NCBI RefSeq assembly: GCF_000981445.1
Contig: NC_027218.1
Span: 124,001 to 188,000 of the forward strand
Reading direction: 5' to 3'
Source of the DNA: Babesia bigemina
Lineage: Eukaryota
DNA: 64,000 nt
Below are positions 20,761 through 31,166 of the stretch, one piece after another. Under the pieces are notes generated by a model. It was not told the origin of the DNA and did no database searches. It was given only the letters and a program-made list of their open reading frames with translations. The first letter of the stretch is position 1; each line of letters starts with the position of its first letter. The position numbers and the translations under genes were made by a program.

Positions 20761-23700
20761 TTACATGATTATTGAGTTCATGCTAAGATTGTGTGCTTTC
20801 AACAGGTGTGACTGCGCCTCCGCGAAAAATTGCGTCTGGAGGGGGCGATTAAGCTCACGTACAAATGAGGCAGTGACATTAACGGCTTCACGCAAAGAAA
20901 TGCGTATGAACACCTGCAAGACGTCGAAGTGTCCCTTACGAGACAGTTGCACGACAGCCCTAAGCAGTGTAGCGTAGACAAGAGTGCAGATCACCATGGT
21001 GATCGCCTGAGCCGTGTAATCTGCCTCAGATTTACACCGCTTTAGCGACTTGAGTCGCGGAAGACAACAGATATCTGCGTTGCAATCAACGTCACAGAGC
21101 ATTCCAATGTCGAAGCTTTTGAAAAACTTGGCACGACATCTTACGCATACACGTCGTAATTGAAAGGGCGTGATAACGCACCGGTCATCAGAACGTTCAT
21201 CCAATGCGGGTTCCTCCCCATCTATGTGACCACTATTGGCTAGATCGCACGAATCCGCCTCGGCGTTGTTATGCGGTGTATGATCGCATTCATTCTCTTG
21301 TGGCTCATTCTCACCTTTTTCACGGCAGGGCTCTTTTGACCTACCGATGGACTCGTTTGCGCCATCAAATGAAATGCCTTCTCCCTCGTTGATGCAAACC
21401 ACGTCATTGTTTGTGGTGGGAGGGATCGTTTCACTGGTGTTGGTTGTATCGGCATTTGATGTTTCGGCCACATCGGCGCCTTCGCCCAAAATTGTCGCAT
21501 AGTTGGCAAATATCTCACGATAGAAATTCACAACACCGTTATAAATGGGCCACGCACGCCATATGGCTCTCAACCGTTGTTCGATGATCCTGATACTGGC
21601 ATCGCATACCCAGACGCTGGATAGACTTGGCATTATTGGTATCATTTCGACGAATGAATTACGACGCGGCCGTTTCACAAATTTGGTTCTATCGTCCGCT
21701 GTGATGGTATAATCACGGCCTGTGGACACACTGTGACACGACCAACTTTCGCACTTCGAGTCAGACAGAGTGGACCCGGATAAGACGTCATGGATTGTTA
21801 GTTGTCTAACATATCTGCACCTAGATCGCTTCCTCTTAACGGGCGTTCGCATGGGGCGTGGCGACACTTGCATGAATCTCAGTATGGATTCCTTGTATTC
21901 ACTATTGCTGTCATTCAGCGAATCAGATGTACACAAGTCCGACATGCTTCTTTGAGGAGTGTTCATGCGCGATGGAGTATCTCGGTAAACTGGATAATTG
22001 CCAACGGACGAAGGTGACGACGTTACGGTCACCAGGAATCGATCAATGGTATTATTTTCCACGGCAGACCCCCTTTTGATACGACATATGGATAGTGCTA
22101 TCCCCCTCAAATCTTCCAGTAGAATACTTTGTTTCGCCGTGATCTTCTTCCAACATGCCTTTAGACTCGCTAGGACACTCTTTTGAGACAACAGGTCACC
22201 AGCCACGGATGCAGTGTACTCGTCACACAATCCACAACCCATGTACTTTGCCGGTTCAACGCTGGCTTCTGGACTCCTCACACGCAGCTTTAGCGTAATT
22301 TGCGCCTGAGCTATACCCGCTATACCGCTGTCGGCTTCTTGCCCCCGAAGGTTTTCGGACGCGATTTCAACACGTTCCCAGGTTTGGCTGATCAGTTGGC
22401 GCATGTACTCGTGCACCTGCTCCATTTCTGTGACGCGCACGCCATAGTTGATTGCAGCCGATATGGTTTTGTTTTTGACGATATGCGACCGTTTTTCTGC
22501 GGTGTTGATGTTGCGGTAGTCCAGCCCCCGGCAGAATTGATATACGGTGTTGCCCAACTTGTCACCTAGCAGCCCTTTAAGTTCCTCTCTGTCGTGCACA
22601 TCGCTGCATGATACATATCCGCACGATTGCAACAAAGCCATAGCACGGTAGCCCACACCCGGGAGCTCACGCAGTGGCACCGATTCCATGAAAGCGTCCA
22701 CATCTACAACCGCACAAACACTCCCCTGCCTGTAGCATCCAGGCGTGGATTCGTTCCCTCCATGTTTAAGTGATTTGCACCTTTGTGAAGCCAGTTTCGA
22801 AAGCATCATGTTCGCGCCGATGCCGACACTGAGCGGGCACCCCGTCTCCCTCTCAATCATCTGCGCAATGTTGTGAGCGAAATTGATGTAGTTTGCGATA
22901 TCAGTGGCGCTATCACCCATAAAACACTCCACGTATAATTCGTCGCAGCTGGCGGAGTAGACCCTTTTCGTTAACCCAGCTACTATCCTCAGAATCTTCA
23001 AGGCCGTGTCCGTTATTGCATCGAAGTCGTACGGCACAAACTTCAACAGTGGGCAACGCTTGATGGCGTCTCTGACCCACATCCCTTTGCGCACACCAAA
23101 AGACCTTGCCTCGTAGTTACACGTTGATATTTCGCTAGCGCTGTTTCGGCCGGTGCCATGACTAATGGCTAGCGGCAAATTCTTGAGGTGAGGCCTGCTT
23201 CTGAGTGCGACTGACACAAAAAAAGCATCCATATCAATATGGAGATATCTGCCGTTCGTCAGCATTCCTTCCTTCAGCTCAGTGAACGGTTCGAAGGCGA
23301 ATTCTTTTTCCACGTTTGTCTTCCAAGTACCCAACAAATGCAACCGTGACCTTTTGTAGTATTCGTCTACGGCAATGCCATTTCCTGCCCCCTTTTCGTC
23401 GGAGTTCATCAAACAGTCAGTATCATTTCCCAACGCGTCGTCATCCTTTTCAACAATGGGCGATGTAGGCACGGTTTCACTGGCCGGCCGTTTGACATCA
23501 ACGCACGTGTCGACATCTTTGTCTGCAGCAGGTGATCTGTGCGAAATATCGTCTACAGACATCGTGTCGGGGCGTTTTATTGCAGACGTATCTATTGAAT
23601 TGTTTGGATCCACTCCGCTTATGATGCTTTTCTCACCGTTCTCCTCATTCGCCAACGTTGCGTTCACGTAATTTCCGCCATTCCGAGTGTCGACAGGTAT

Positions 23701-24669
23701 AGGCCCATCATATTGATCCCAATCAGTGTATTTACTTGGTTGCTCGTCTCTAGGCACCTCGGTGTCACTATCGGTATCGCATTTGGCCTTAGTGTTTTCA
23801 ACGGATGTTTTTTGTCCCACAGGATGCTCTCCGCACTCATCACCCTGCATTGGCCGTTCATCATCGTTGAATCCATCGGCGCATTGATTAGGCGTGTCCT
23901 TTAGCTCTTCTGACCGCCATCTTTGCGTCAATGTTATGGTGTCACTCTTAGACCGGAGCGACGCCGGGAGGAATTCGCGCTCGGGAAGTCTCGTATCCTG
24001 AATGTGGCACTCAAACACATATGCCGGCGTAACAATTGCGTAGTGGCCGTACTCGCCTCCACGCTCTCTCATGTTCCACCACTTGCTGCACCCTAAAGCC
24101 ACGCGCTCCACTACGTAGTGCGTTACGTAGTCCGAAAGGTGTATTTCAACATGTCCACCGCGCTGAACTATCAGTTCAATCAATTTCTCATGGGCATGTA
24201 CAGCCGAAGTTGCAGCGTTTTCGTTCTCCCCCAACCGGATGTAGGGATGCACTACACCATCTATGTAAAAATGACAGCCCTTGAACAGGGGTGATAAGGC
24301 ACAATCTGGGGAATCGTTTATTTGCCTAGTGTATGCACCGGTGTTTCTAGATACGCCTTCTCTTGTGTTGTTACCAGCGGGAGAATGCCCGGGATCCCGA
24401 CTATCACAACCGATAACCTCATCGTTGTTCACGACACTACAGTCAACTTGCCCTTCCGACAGTTGGCGTCCTTCGTGCCCAGCCGAATAACATTGACACT
24501 CCTCGCCCACATGTTGACACGGCACAGCGTCGATTGCAGGCAATATCTGTTCATCGGCGTTGACTTCGCCTGCATACTTGCGCTGGTAGTGAGCTGCTAC
24601 ACCGCGTCGTCGCCTTTCCATATAGGACGAGAACGACCCGCCTCCACCGAATTTTACCGGGAGCGCCAT
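20761..24669 (-). CDS. REV1: DNA repair protein REV1 (BRCT plus Y-family deoxycytidyl transferase)
   Basis: BRCT domain (LFKGCHFYIDG...VTHYVV...IVTPAYVFEC), N-digit YYKRSRLHLLGTWK, HIDMDAFFVSV, CNYEARSFGVRKGM, SCDE, KYMGCGLCD. Confidence 0.93.
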   Translation of the reverse strand: MALPVKFGGGGSFSSYMERRRRGVAAHYQRKYAGEVNADEQILPAIDAVPCQHVGEECQCYSAGHEGRQLSEGQVDCSVVNNDEVIGCDSRDPGHSPAGNNTREGVSRNTGAYTRQINDSPDCALSPLFKGCHFYIDGVVHPYIRLGENENAATSAVHAHEKLIELIVQRGGHVEIHLSDYVTHYVVERVALGCSKWWNMRERGGEYGHYAIVTPAYVFECHIQDTRLPEREFLPASLRSKSDTITLTQRWRSEELKDTPNQCADGFNDDERPMQGDECGEHPVGQKTSVENTKAKCDTDSDTEVPRDEQPSKYTDWDQYDGPIPVDTRNGGNYVNATLANEENGEKSIISGVDPNNSIDTSAIKRPDTMSVDDISHRSPAADKDVDTCVDVKRPASETVPTSPIVEKDDDALGNDTDCLMNSDEKGAGNGIAVDEYYKRSRLHLLGTWKTNVEKEFAFEPFTELKEGMLTNGRYLHIDMDAFFVSVALRSRPHLKNLPLAISHGTGRNSASEISTCNYEARSFGVRKGMWVRDAIKRCPLLKFVPYDFDAITDTALKILRIVAGLTKRVYSASCDELYVECFMGDSATDIANYINFAHNIAQMIERETGCPLSVGIGANMMLSKLASQRCKSLKHGGNESTPGCYRQGSVCAVVDVDAFMESVPLRELPGVGYRAMALLQSCGYVSCSDVHDREELKGLLGDKLGNTVYQFCRGLDYRNINTAEKRSHIVKNKTISAAINYGVRVTEMEQVHEYMRQLISQTWERVEIASENLRGQEADSGIAGIAQAQITLKLRVRSPEASVEPAKYMGCGLCDEYTASVAGDLLSQKSVLASLKACWKKITAKQSILLEDLRGIALSICRIKRGSAVENNTIDRFLVTVTSSPSSVGNYPVYRDTPSRMNTPQRSMSDLCTSDSLNDSNSEYKESILRFMQVSPRPMRTPVKRKRSRCRYVRQLTIHDVLSGSTLSDSKCESWSCHSVSTGRDYTITADDRTKFVKRPRRNSFVEMIPIMPSLSSVWVCDASIRIIEQRLRAIWRAWPIYNGVVNFYREIFANYATILGEGADVAETSNADTTNTSETIPPTTNNDVVCINEGEGISFDGANESIGRSKEPCREKGENEPQENECDHTPHNNAEADSCDLANSGHIDGEEPALDERSDDRCVITPFQLRRVCVRCRAKFFKSFDIGMLCDVDCNADICCLPRLKSLKRCKSEADYTAQAITMVICTLVYATLLRAVVQLSRKGHFDVLQVFIRISLREAVNVTASFVRELNRPLQTQFFAEAQSHLLKAHNLSMNSIIM

Positions 24670-24715
24670 CCTGCAGTTGCAATAATCAAGGATGGCGCTC
24701 CGATGCCACTTGTGG

Positions 24716-25324
24716 TTACATAAATGCGCAACACGACCGCCGTTTCAGTTTGCGACTTTTGGCAAAAACGTTTTTCGTACGCGTGGAGAGGTCCTTGCTT
24801 TGGTTGACGAGCGCCTCCAGGGTTTCCTCGTTCTGAAGCATGTCGGCCAGTGTCTTGTGTACGACGCTTATGGTGTTCTGCAACTTGTCGGCAACGTTGG
24901 TGTAGGCGTCAACAGCCTTCGGATCCCGGTATTGGTCGAATAAAACCTTGATTTGCGGTACGTTGAGCTTCACGTCGGTGTTGTATTGCTCGCCTGCATC
25001 GGGATATTGAGCGATGAACTCGCAGAACACCAGCTGCAGGAGAGAGAAGGCCACACGCTCCGGGTATCCGCGGCCGCAGACGCATACGGCGCAGACATTC
25101 GACTCCCAGCGATGGGCTAATATGTCGAATTTATCTTCATGAACTATCACGTTCTCCCCTGCGCTTATCCGACCGGCGATTTCCCGAGCCGCGAAAACGG
25201 CTATGCTTTTAGCCGAGCCACGGGCAAGGAACTGCAGGTCCGAAAGCTTGAAGTGCTGTAGAAGGAACGTCGGGGGGTCGTTGCAACGCAGAATGGCGAT
25301 GTAGATGACCTTGGCTTCGACCAT
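24716..25324 (-). CDS. YKT6: R-SNARE YKT6
   Basis: Longin domain (LSDLQFLARGS...YPERVAFSLL), SNARE core LEALVNQSKDLS, C-terminal CCAFM prenylation motif. Confidence 0.92.
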   Translation of the reverse strand: MVEAKVIYIAILRCNDPPTFLLQHFKLSDLQFLARGSAKSIAVFAAREIAGRISAGENVIVHEDKFDILAHRWESNVCAVCVCGRGYPERVAFSLLQLVFCEFIAQYPDAGEQYNTDVKLNVPQIKVLFDQYRDPKAVDAYTNVADKLQNTISVVHKTLADMLQNEETLEALVNQSKDLSTRTKNVFAKSRKLKRRSCCAFM

Positions 25325-25854
25325 GTTAAAACGGCGATTTGCGCGTCACCGCGAGGCAGTACTGGAAGGTCGGAGCGTCGTTTGACTTGAGTGTGAAATG
25401 TGCACACATCTGGGTTGCCTTTGGCCCAGGTTACACAGAAGTATGAGGCTTGGTCATTACAGCGCGCATGTGTTACGTGACGGAAGCGCAAGATGTCACC
25501 ATATGCGCGGACGACCACTTGGCACCCGTTACAGTGGTTGCAACCAACTTCGATGCTGTCTTCCAAGCTACAATGGAAAAGTGGAATATAATTTCGTATG
25601 TGTTTTATGAAATGGCGTTTTGCTTTTTTGCGTTGAAGTACTCGCTACGTTGCATCGGCAACGGCGCGCCGCCTTGAATCAGGCTGCATAATGTATGCGA
25701 TCTAGACAGTCACTGAAGCGCCGGATACTTCTAGTCACGTGTTAAAGTATGCCCACCGCGGTATACGGCATGAGGCACACAAATCTCTCCTTAGCTATGA
25801 CAAGGCACCCAGCAATAATTTTGCCGAGCACTTAGCAGGCTAATACCTTGGCCT

Positions 25855-28662
25855 TCAACCGATGTATTGGCGCTCCAAGGACTCGTCAGAAAGCACTTCG
25901 CGTAGAGCACACGTCAGGTAGCACGATTTGGGTAGCGCGCAGCTCACCACCAAGGTGCTGCGTGTTGCGAGCTTTTGGTTCGTGTAGTCCGCATGTGAAT
26001 CTCCGTTGAAGTTGATGTCATGGTTCTGCATGGCATGTTGAGCCGCCACAGATTGCTTGAGTTGGTTTCGGAGGCATACGTAAGGCGACAGGTTCTGCTT
26101 GAGCGCGCCGCCGTTCGGGGACTGCTCTGGCACCACGTGGTACTGCAATCCGTGCGCCCGGGCCACTATATGCCTGTAACCGCCACCAACCCCAACTAAG
26201 CAGCGTTCTCTGCCTTTGAATTGCGGCGGCAGGTTGCCAATAACGGTAGCAAACATGTCGAGCGATATCCCAAATTGTTCACTCACAACACGTTGATAAA
26301 CCGGCCTTAAGAACTCCGGGTAGTCCACGTTGTCACCTGGGAGTGGTAAAACAACGTCGTATAGCGACCACTTGTCTGTGTCGTTTTGACACACAACATA
26401 GGTCTGAAGTTGCACATCGCCGAAGGATGCACCCGGCGAATCAGACTTTTCAGTTGCCGTTTCAGAGCTCTCGCCCTCTACGCTGGTTGTCAACGGAAGT
26501 TGAGATGACTTGATCACGAAATCACCGGGCACTGGTTTCGTCCCGTATTTCTTTAGGCGTTCTGTTAGCACGTGGTTAAATACCAGGCTCTGCGCCGCAT
26601 GAACATATATGCTCAGCACGTTTGCCGGGATGCGTTTCAACACGTCTTCTATTGGCCTGTTGCGCTCCATGCCATTCATTAGTTCTCGCTCGATGAAGGA
26701 GTGATGTGACGTTGGCTTCATCAACGCATCTGCCTCATGGGTGTTCCCCATTTCGGAAGACTGAACCGGCATTTCATCTGAAACGAGGCGATCTGCCTCA
26801 AATTCTTCATTGCATTCCACACCCTCAGCCTGAACACCATCTACACGGTCGGCGCTATAACGCATCGCGTGTTTATTTCCACCATGTTCACCATCCGCAG
26901 CGGTTGTTTTGAAGTTCCGACTTCTGCGCCTCTTCCCCGCGTGTTTCCCGTGCGTTGAGGACATCTGCAGCGATTCCGAATCATTGTTCCGTTCTTCAGA
27001 CCCGGGTTCTGCAACAGGGTTCTCCGAGGACTCCTCTTCTGTATGCGCTCCCTCACCGGCGGCAGTTCGTTCAGCCCTCCTACTTAGATACCTCTCCATA
27101 GCCGGTTCGTTGTTGATTATGAGCCTCGCTACATCTTCGTAATCGCGCCTCAACATGGCCGCGCCGACCATGTGGGTTCCAACGGTCATGCTGCCGAACC
27201 TCTGCAAGCCGAAGTAGTTGAGAAACCCATTGAAACGCAACGACTCAAGATTAAGCAGGGCCTGCTGGACGTCAGATACACCACGTATCGTCACCCAGAA
27301 GGAATTGCCTCGAAGGTCACCTAGCCTTAAGCGCTCATCGCTGTAGCGGAAATCCGCCACTACGACGGTATCCAGCCACTTGGGATGGGCCATCGCCGCC
27401 ACGAAATCTTCGATTTTGGCGCGTCTCATGCAGAAGCGCTGCGTCGTAATTGCCCGCCTGTCTTTATTACCGGCTGTGAAAATGTCATACGATGATCTGC
27501 GCATTGTCCGGCACAGCATGTGGGTGATCTCGTGCGTGCTGCGATCTCGTTTCTGGATGTTGAAGTGTAAGTACTGTTTTATCTTCTGCCTCTCCTTATA
27601 ATCTTCAGGGATCTTGTCATATTCGGTGAGGTCTAAGTGTTTCACAACACCCTTCAACGTTGGCATCCCCGATGTTGGCATGTCCTTTAGAACTTCCTGC
27701 GCGGTATCTGCCGCCTCCACCCTGGCCCGCTGTATAAACCTAATACAATCGGGTCGTGGGAACACTTTGATAACAAGTCTAGAGCCGTCCGCTGATTCAT
27801 CACTCAAGCTGTTGCCAACGCTGATAAGGTTTTTTTCGTTGCCTGCCTTGTTCAAAGGGCGAGCTTCAGAGTCCAAAAATGGCAGATTCTCCCTTATGAA
27901 TGTGTGCGCAAGTGTACGTAATTCCTTAGCATTTTCATTTTCCTGTAAAGCCAGTAGGCAGAACGGTGGGTTTTTAATCGAAATACTTGTTGATTGGTCA
28001 TCGCTCATACGCAGTACCAGTTCATCCAGAAGCGCATCGATGCACCTGCCGTCGTCCTCGGTAAATATGTTGGACGGATACTTCACGGTGCCCATGACGT
28101 TGCCAGCTCTACGCAGTTTCAGAAACATTTCCCCTGAGGTGCGGTTGCGTTCATGCTCCAGTGCCATTTTTGCGACCTCTGTATGCGCTGTGCGCCTGGC
28201 AACAACGATGCGACCATTCAGGTCTATTTCATTGACCACGAAATCTTCGGGTATGTATTTGATGAAACCCTCGATTCGTTCCGTGTAAACGTTTGGCATC
28301 ATTAGTTCCACCATGGTGGTGCCCATCCCTAAGAGCCTGCTTTTGCCCAAAAGAGGCAAAGACGCCCCATCCAGATCACCCATGTTATCCATTTTGTTAG
28401 CTTCGGGGCCGATTATTGCCGCGCCATGAGAGATGGGTGTTGCAATATTTTGCTGGGGATTTCCTGATGCGCCCTGGTCGTTATTGGTGCTATATAAACG
28501 CGTTTTATGCAGCCGTGCCAGTCCAACACTATTTTTGCGCAATTCTATGGAATATGAATCAGCAGAAAACCCGTTATACGAGCGGCATGTACTTAGAGAG
28601 CGATATCGGTAGCAACCGCACAAGCCCAAGAGAAGCAGAACCAACAAGACATGTGGTATCAT
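25855..28662 (-). CDS. TruD/PUS7-family tRNA pseudouridine synthase with bipartite, apicoplast-type leader
   Basis: GFIKYIPEDFVVNEI, AGNKDRRAITTQ, LRLGDLRGNSF, GFLNYFGLQRFG, LPKSCYLTCALRE. Hydrophobic signal peptide followed by a basic transit-like segment. Confidence 0.9.
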   Translation of the reverse strand: MIPHVLLVLLLLGLCGCYRYRSLSTCRSYNGFSADSYSIELRKNSVGLARLHKTRLYSTNNDQGASGNPQQNIATPISHGAAIIGPEANKMDNMGDLDGASLPLLGKSRLLGMGTTMVELMMPNVYTERIEGFIKYIPEDFVVNEIDLNGRIVVARRTAHTEVAKMALEHERNRTSGEMFLKLRRAGNVMGTVKYPSNIFTEDDGRCIDALLDELVLRMSDDQSTSISIKNPPFCLLALQENENAKELRTLAHTFIRENLPFLDSEARPLNKAGNEKNLISVGNSLSDESADGSRLVIKVFPRPDCIRFIQRARVEAADTAQEVLKDMPTSGMPTLKGVVKHLDLTEYDKIPEDYKERQKIKQYLHFNIQKRDRSTHEITHMLCRTMRRSSYDIFTAGNKDRRAITTQRFCMRRAKIEDFVAAMAHPKWLDTVVVADFRYSDERLRLGDLRGNSFWVTIRGVSDVQQALLNLESLRFNGFLNYFGLQRFGSMTVGTHMVGAAMLRRDYEDVARLIINNEPAMERYLSRRAERTAAGEGAHTEEESSENPVAEPGSEERNNDSESLQMSSTHGKHAGKRRRSRNFKTTAADGEHGGNKHAMRYSADRVDGVQAEGVECNEEFEADRLVSDEMPVQSSEMGNTHEADALMKPTSHHSFIERELMNGMERNRPIEDVLKRIPANVLSIYVHAAQSLVFNHVLTERLKKYGTKPVPGDFVIKSSQLPLTTSVEGESSETATEKSDSPGASFGDVQLQTYVVCQNDTDKWSLYDVVLPLPGDNVDYPEFLRPVYQRVVSEQFGISLDMFATVIGNLPPQFKGRERCLVGVGGGYRHIVARAHGLQYHVVPEQSPNGGALKQNLSPYVCLRNQLKQSVAAQHAMQNHDINFNGDSHADYTNQKLATRSTLVVSCALPKSCYLTCALREVLSDESLERQYIG

Positions 28663-28828
28663 ACACGTCGCTCAGATGCTTAGGGTAGCTATGGGCAAAT
28701 ACAATTGGTAACTGCGTTCTAAATTCCGACGGCAACCCAAGGTTTGCGAATGAACTTTAGCTCCGGTGCGATAGTTTTCGGGTTGCGCATATACGGGCTA
28801 TCCACGTAAAGGCGGTAAAACCTCCACC

Positions 28829-29494
28829 TCACCTAACCTTCTTCTTGCGGGCAAGCAACGATGCCTGCTTCTGGCGTGATATGGCTTTCTTTTCTTCAAG
28901 CCAGAAGAGTCCTGGCTGTTTCGCTTTGACGTCGAGGTAGGGGAACCTCAGGTACATGAGAAGCCTGTACGCGTCCAACTTCTCAATTTCGAAGTCCGAC
29001 AGTTCGCTTTCCACCAGCTGTACACGAAATGCGTGCTGGAACGTGAGCGTTTCGGGCATGTGTTCGCTCTCTGAGCGCACAGCCTCGTCGTACAGGTGTT
29101 CTGGCAGGTTGTGGATGGCCTCTAGTACGTTGCCCCGTATTTGCAGTTCACGTTCTAGATAACGCTCGTTCTGTGCTTCCTGGTACGTCCTGTATGCCTC
29201 TGCGACTCGCTGGAATAGCGCTCTGTCCTCACTACTTTCGGCCGGGGCCACGGGGCTGCAGACCAGATCCAAAACCGCTGCCAATGATTCACGATCCTTT
29301 AATGCGCCCACAGTATCACTTACGAGTGAAGGTGGTATATAAGGGACGTATCGCGTAATTCCTACAGTTTGCTGTGCCTTCTTCCTGTCTTTGTCTTTGT
29401 TCGGCTTGGCTGGCTTTCGCATAGGCAAGCTACAGCTAGCGGGGGATACGCGGGTGATGGCGGCTAAAATTGGTATCGTATAGCTCGATAGCAT
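28829..29494 (-). CDS. Conserved basic protein, possibly mitoribosomal mL40-like
   Basis: Presequence-like N-terminus, Lys-rich segment, helical EAIHNLPEHLYDEAV motif. Family call is tentative. Confidence 0.45.
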   Translation of the reverse strand: MLSSYTIPILAAITRVSPASCSLPMRKPAKPNKDKDRKKAQQTVGITRYVPYIPPSLVSDTVGALKDRESLAAVLDLVCSPVAPAESSEDRALFQRVAEAYRTYQEAQNERYLERELQIRGNVLEAIHNLPEHLYDEAVRSESEHMPETLTFQHAFRVQLVESELSDFEIEKLDAYRLLMYLRFPYLDVKAKQPGLFWLEEKKAISRQKQASLLARKKKVR

Positions 29495-30145
29495 CGCTTA
29501 GTGACGATGCGCTGCGACGGGTTTCTATGTCATCTGTTTTTCAGGGCGGTCGGCGCACCCGAGTCTGTAGCAGGACCGTATGCTGGATATGGCCGTTAGA
29601 CATTAACCAAAGATTTTCATTGTGCGATAATTTGATCAATTGACCACCCCAAACTCAGTGGATTCCTGGAAGCAGACTGGGGTTGCTGCTGTGTTCTTCG
29701 TGTTCCTCTGCACATGGAATCCTCGCAACCGCCTTCGGTATCGCTCGATTGCACCATACGCGCGCACAACAATTCGGAAAATGTTACACACTGATGCATC
29801 GTGACCACACATGTGGGATTGAACAGCGGTTCAGGCGGTAACACCGGGATGGACCGGTGGCTGATCTGCCGTGACGAACAACTCACCAGGGTGGCGGCGG
29901 CTAGCTGCCGACCACACCCGCGCAATACACATATAGCGGGGCCATTCAAAGGTATACAATCAATATAGGACGTAATTTAGTGGTCCCGCCACACTAAACA
30001 AAAGAGAAGAGCACAGCATGTACATATAGAACACTTTAGTTCACACTTGTTACAAAATGATATCCACTTGGCATTTGAAGCGGTTGTTCTTCGCCGCAAT
30101 TATGACGAAGGTTCCGTTACGGAATACAAAGGCGCCGCCTTGGTT

Positions 30146-31017
30146 TTAGAGGGTGGAACGTGACTCGGACTTCTCCTTTTTCTTCTCCTCCTTCTTGCAC
30201 AGGATTTTAGTGATCTTTAAGAAGACATTCAATATGTCGCAATAGAGCATGACGGCGTGAAGGACATAATCGCGCGAGCCGTGGTCGAAGGCGCGGAGAG
30301 TAATTTGCGTGTCGAGTATGATGAACCTACGACCACCGTAACCAGACAGTAGCTGCCACAACCCACCCGCAAAAGGACAGTAGCATGACAATGTCGCTGA
30401 CGTCATCCACGAATTTAGAGCGGATGAATATGTTGGTCAGTCGCACCAGCACGATGTAGAACGATACAGACGTTGCCAGCCCACCGAGGTAGAGTGCGAG
30501 TCTAGACGACATGCACAGCGAAGCAATTGAAAAGCAAGCAAAAATGGCGATCGTGGCGAACAGTGACGTGGTCAGAATTTCTGCGGAAATTGGACAAGCT
30601 GCACTACGAGCATACCTGGGTTAAGGTAGAGCACGAATATGACCAGCTCGCGCAACAGAAGCCCTTGGGCGAACGCCATTCCAGACAAGGCCAGGCATCT
30701 TTTAACACTGATAGGCTGCACATGAGTGACGTGGCTGCGGTGCTGCAAATTCTTACCTGCTGTTGGCCACCGACGCGGGGGCCGCTGAACACGACGTAAA
30801 GCGCCAGGCATATGTAGGCCAGACCTATCAGTACACTGTGGTGGTTCAAGTACCTCAACGGCACGATGGCACCGGCGAACGTAATAACGGTGCATAAGGC
30901 CAGAGTAGCGTACACCTTAGTCAGGTGTTCCCTTTGAGCCTTCGACAGAGGCGTGAAGTCTAGCAAAGTAGACGCCTGCCACAGGCTGCTTCGCTGAAAA
31001 AACTGGTTGTCGAACAT
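30146..31017 (-). CDS. Bax inhibitor-1 (TMBIM) family membrane protein, 4 exons
   Basis: MFDNQ...LSKAQREHLTKVYATLA, LYLGG, FIILDTQ...DYVLHAVMLYCDILNVF and a lysine-rich tail. Introns at about 30756-30716, 30615-30581 and 30367-30327. Confidence 0.88.
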
Positions 31018-31166
31018 CTTTAGCGTAATATAAAATGACCTCCCGGTACGGACGCGCGCGCAGGCGAAAACCAGTGACACACACCACCCCAGCGTTCTGC
31101 GGTGTCCAACGACCATACAACTCTACGTGCAGCAGCAAACAATTTTCTATACGCCATTCTACGCGC

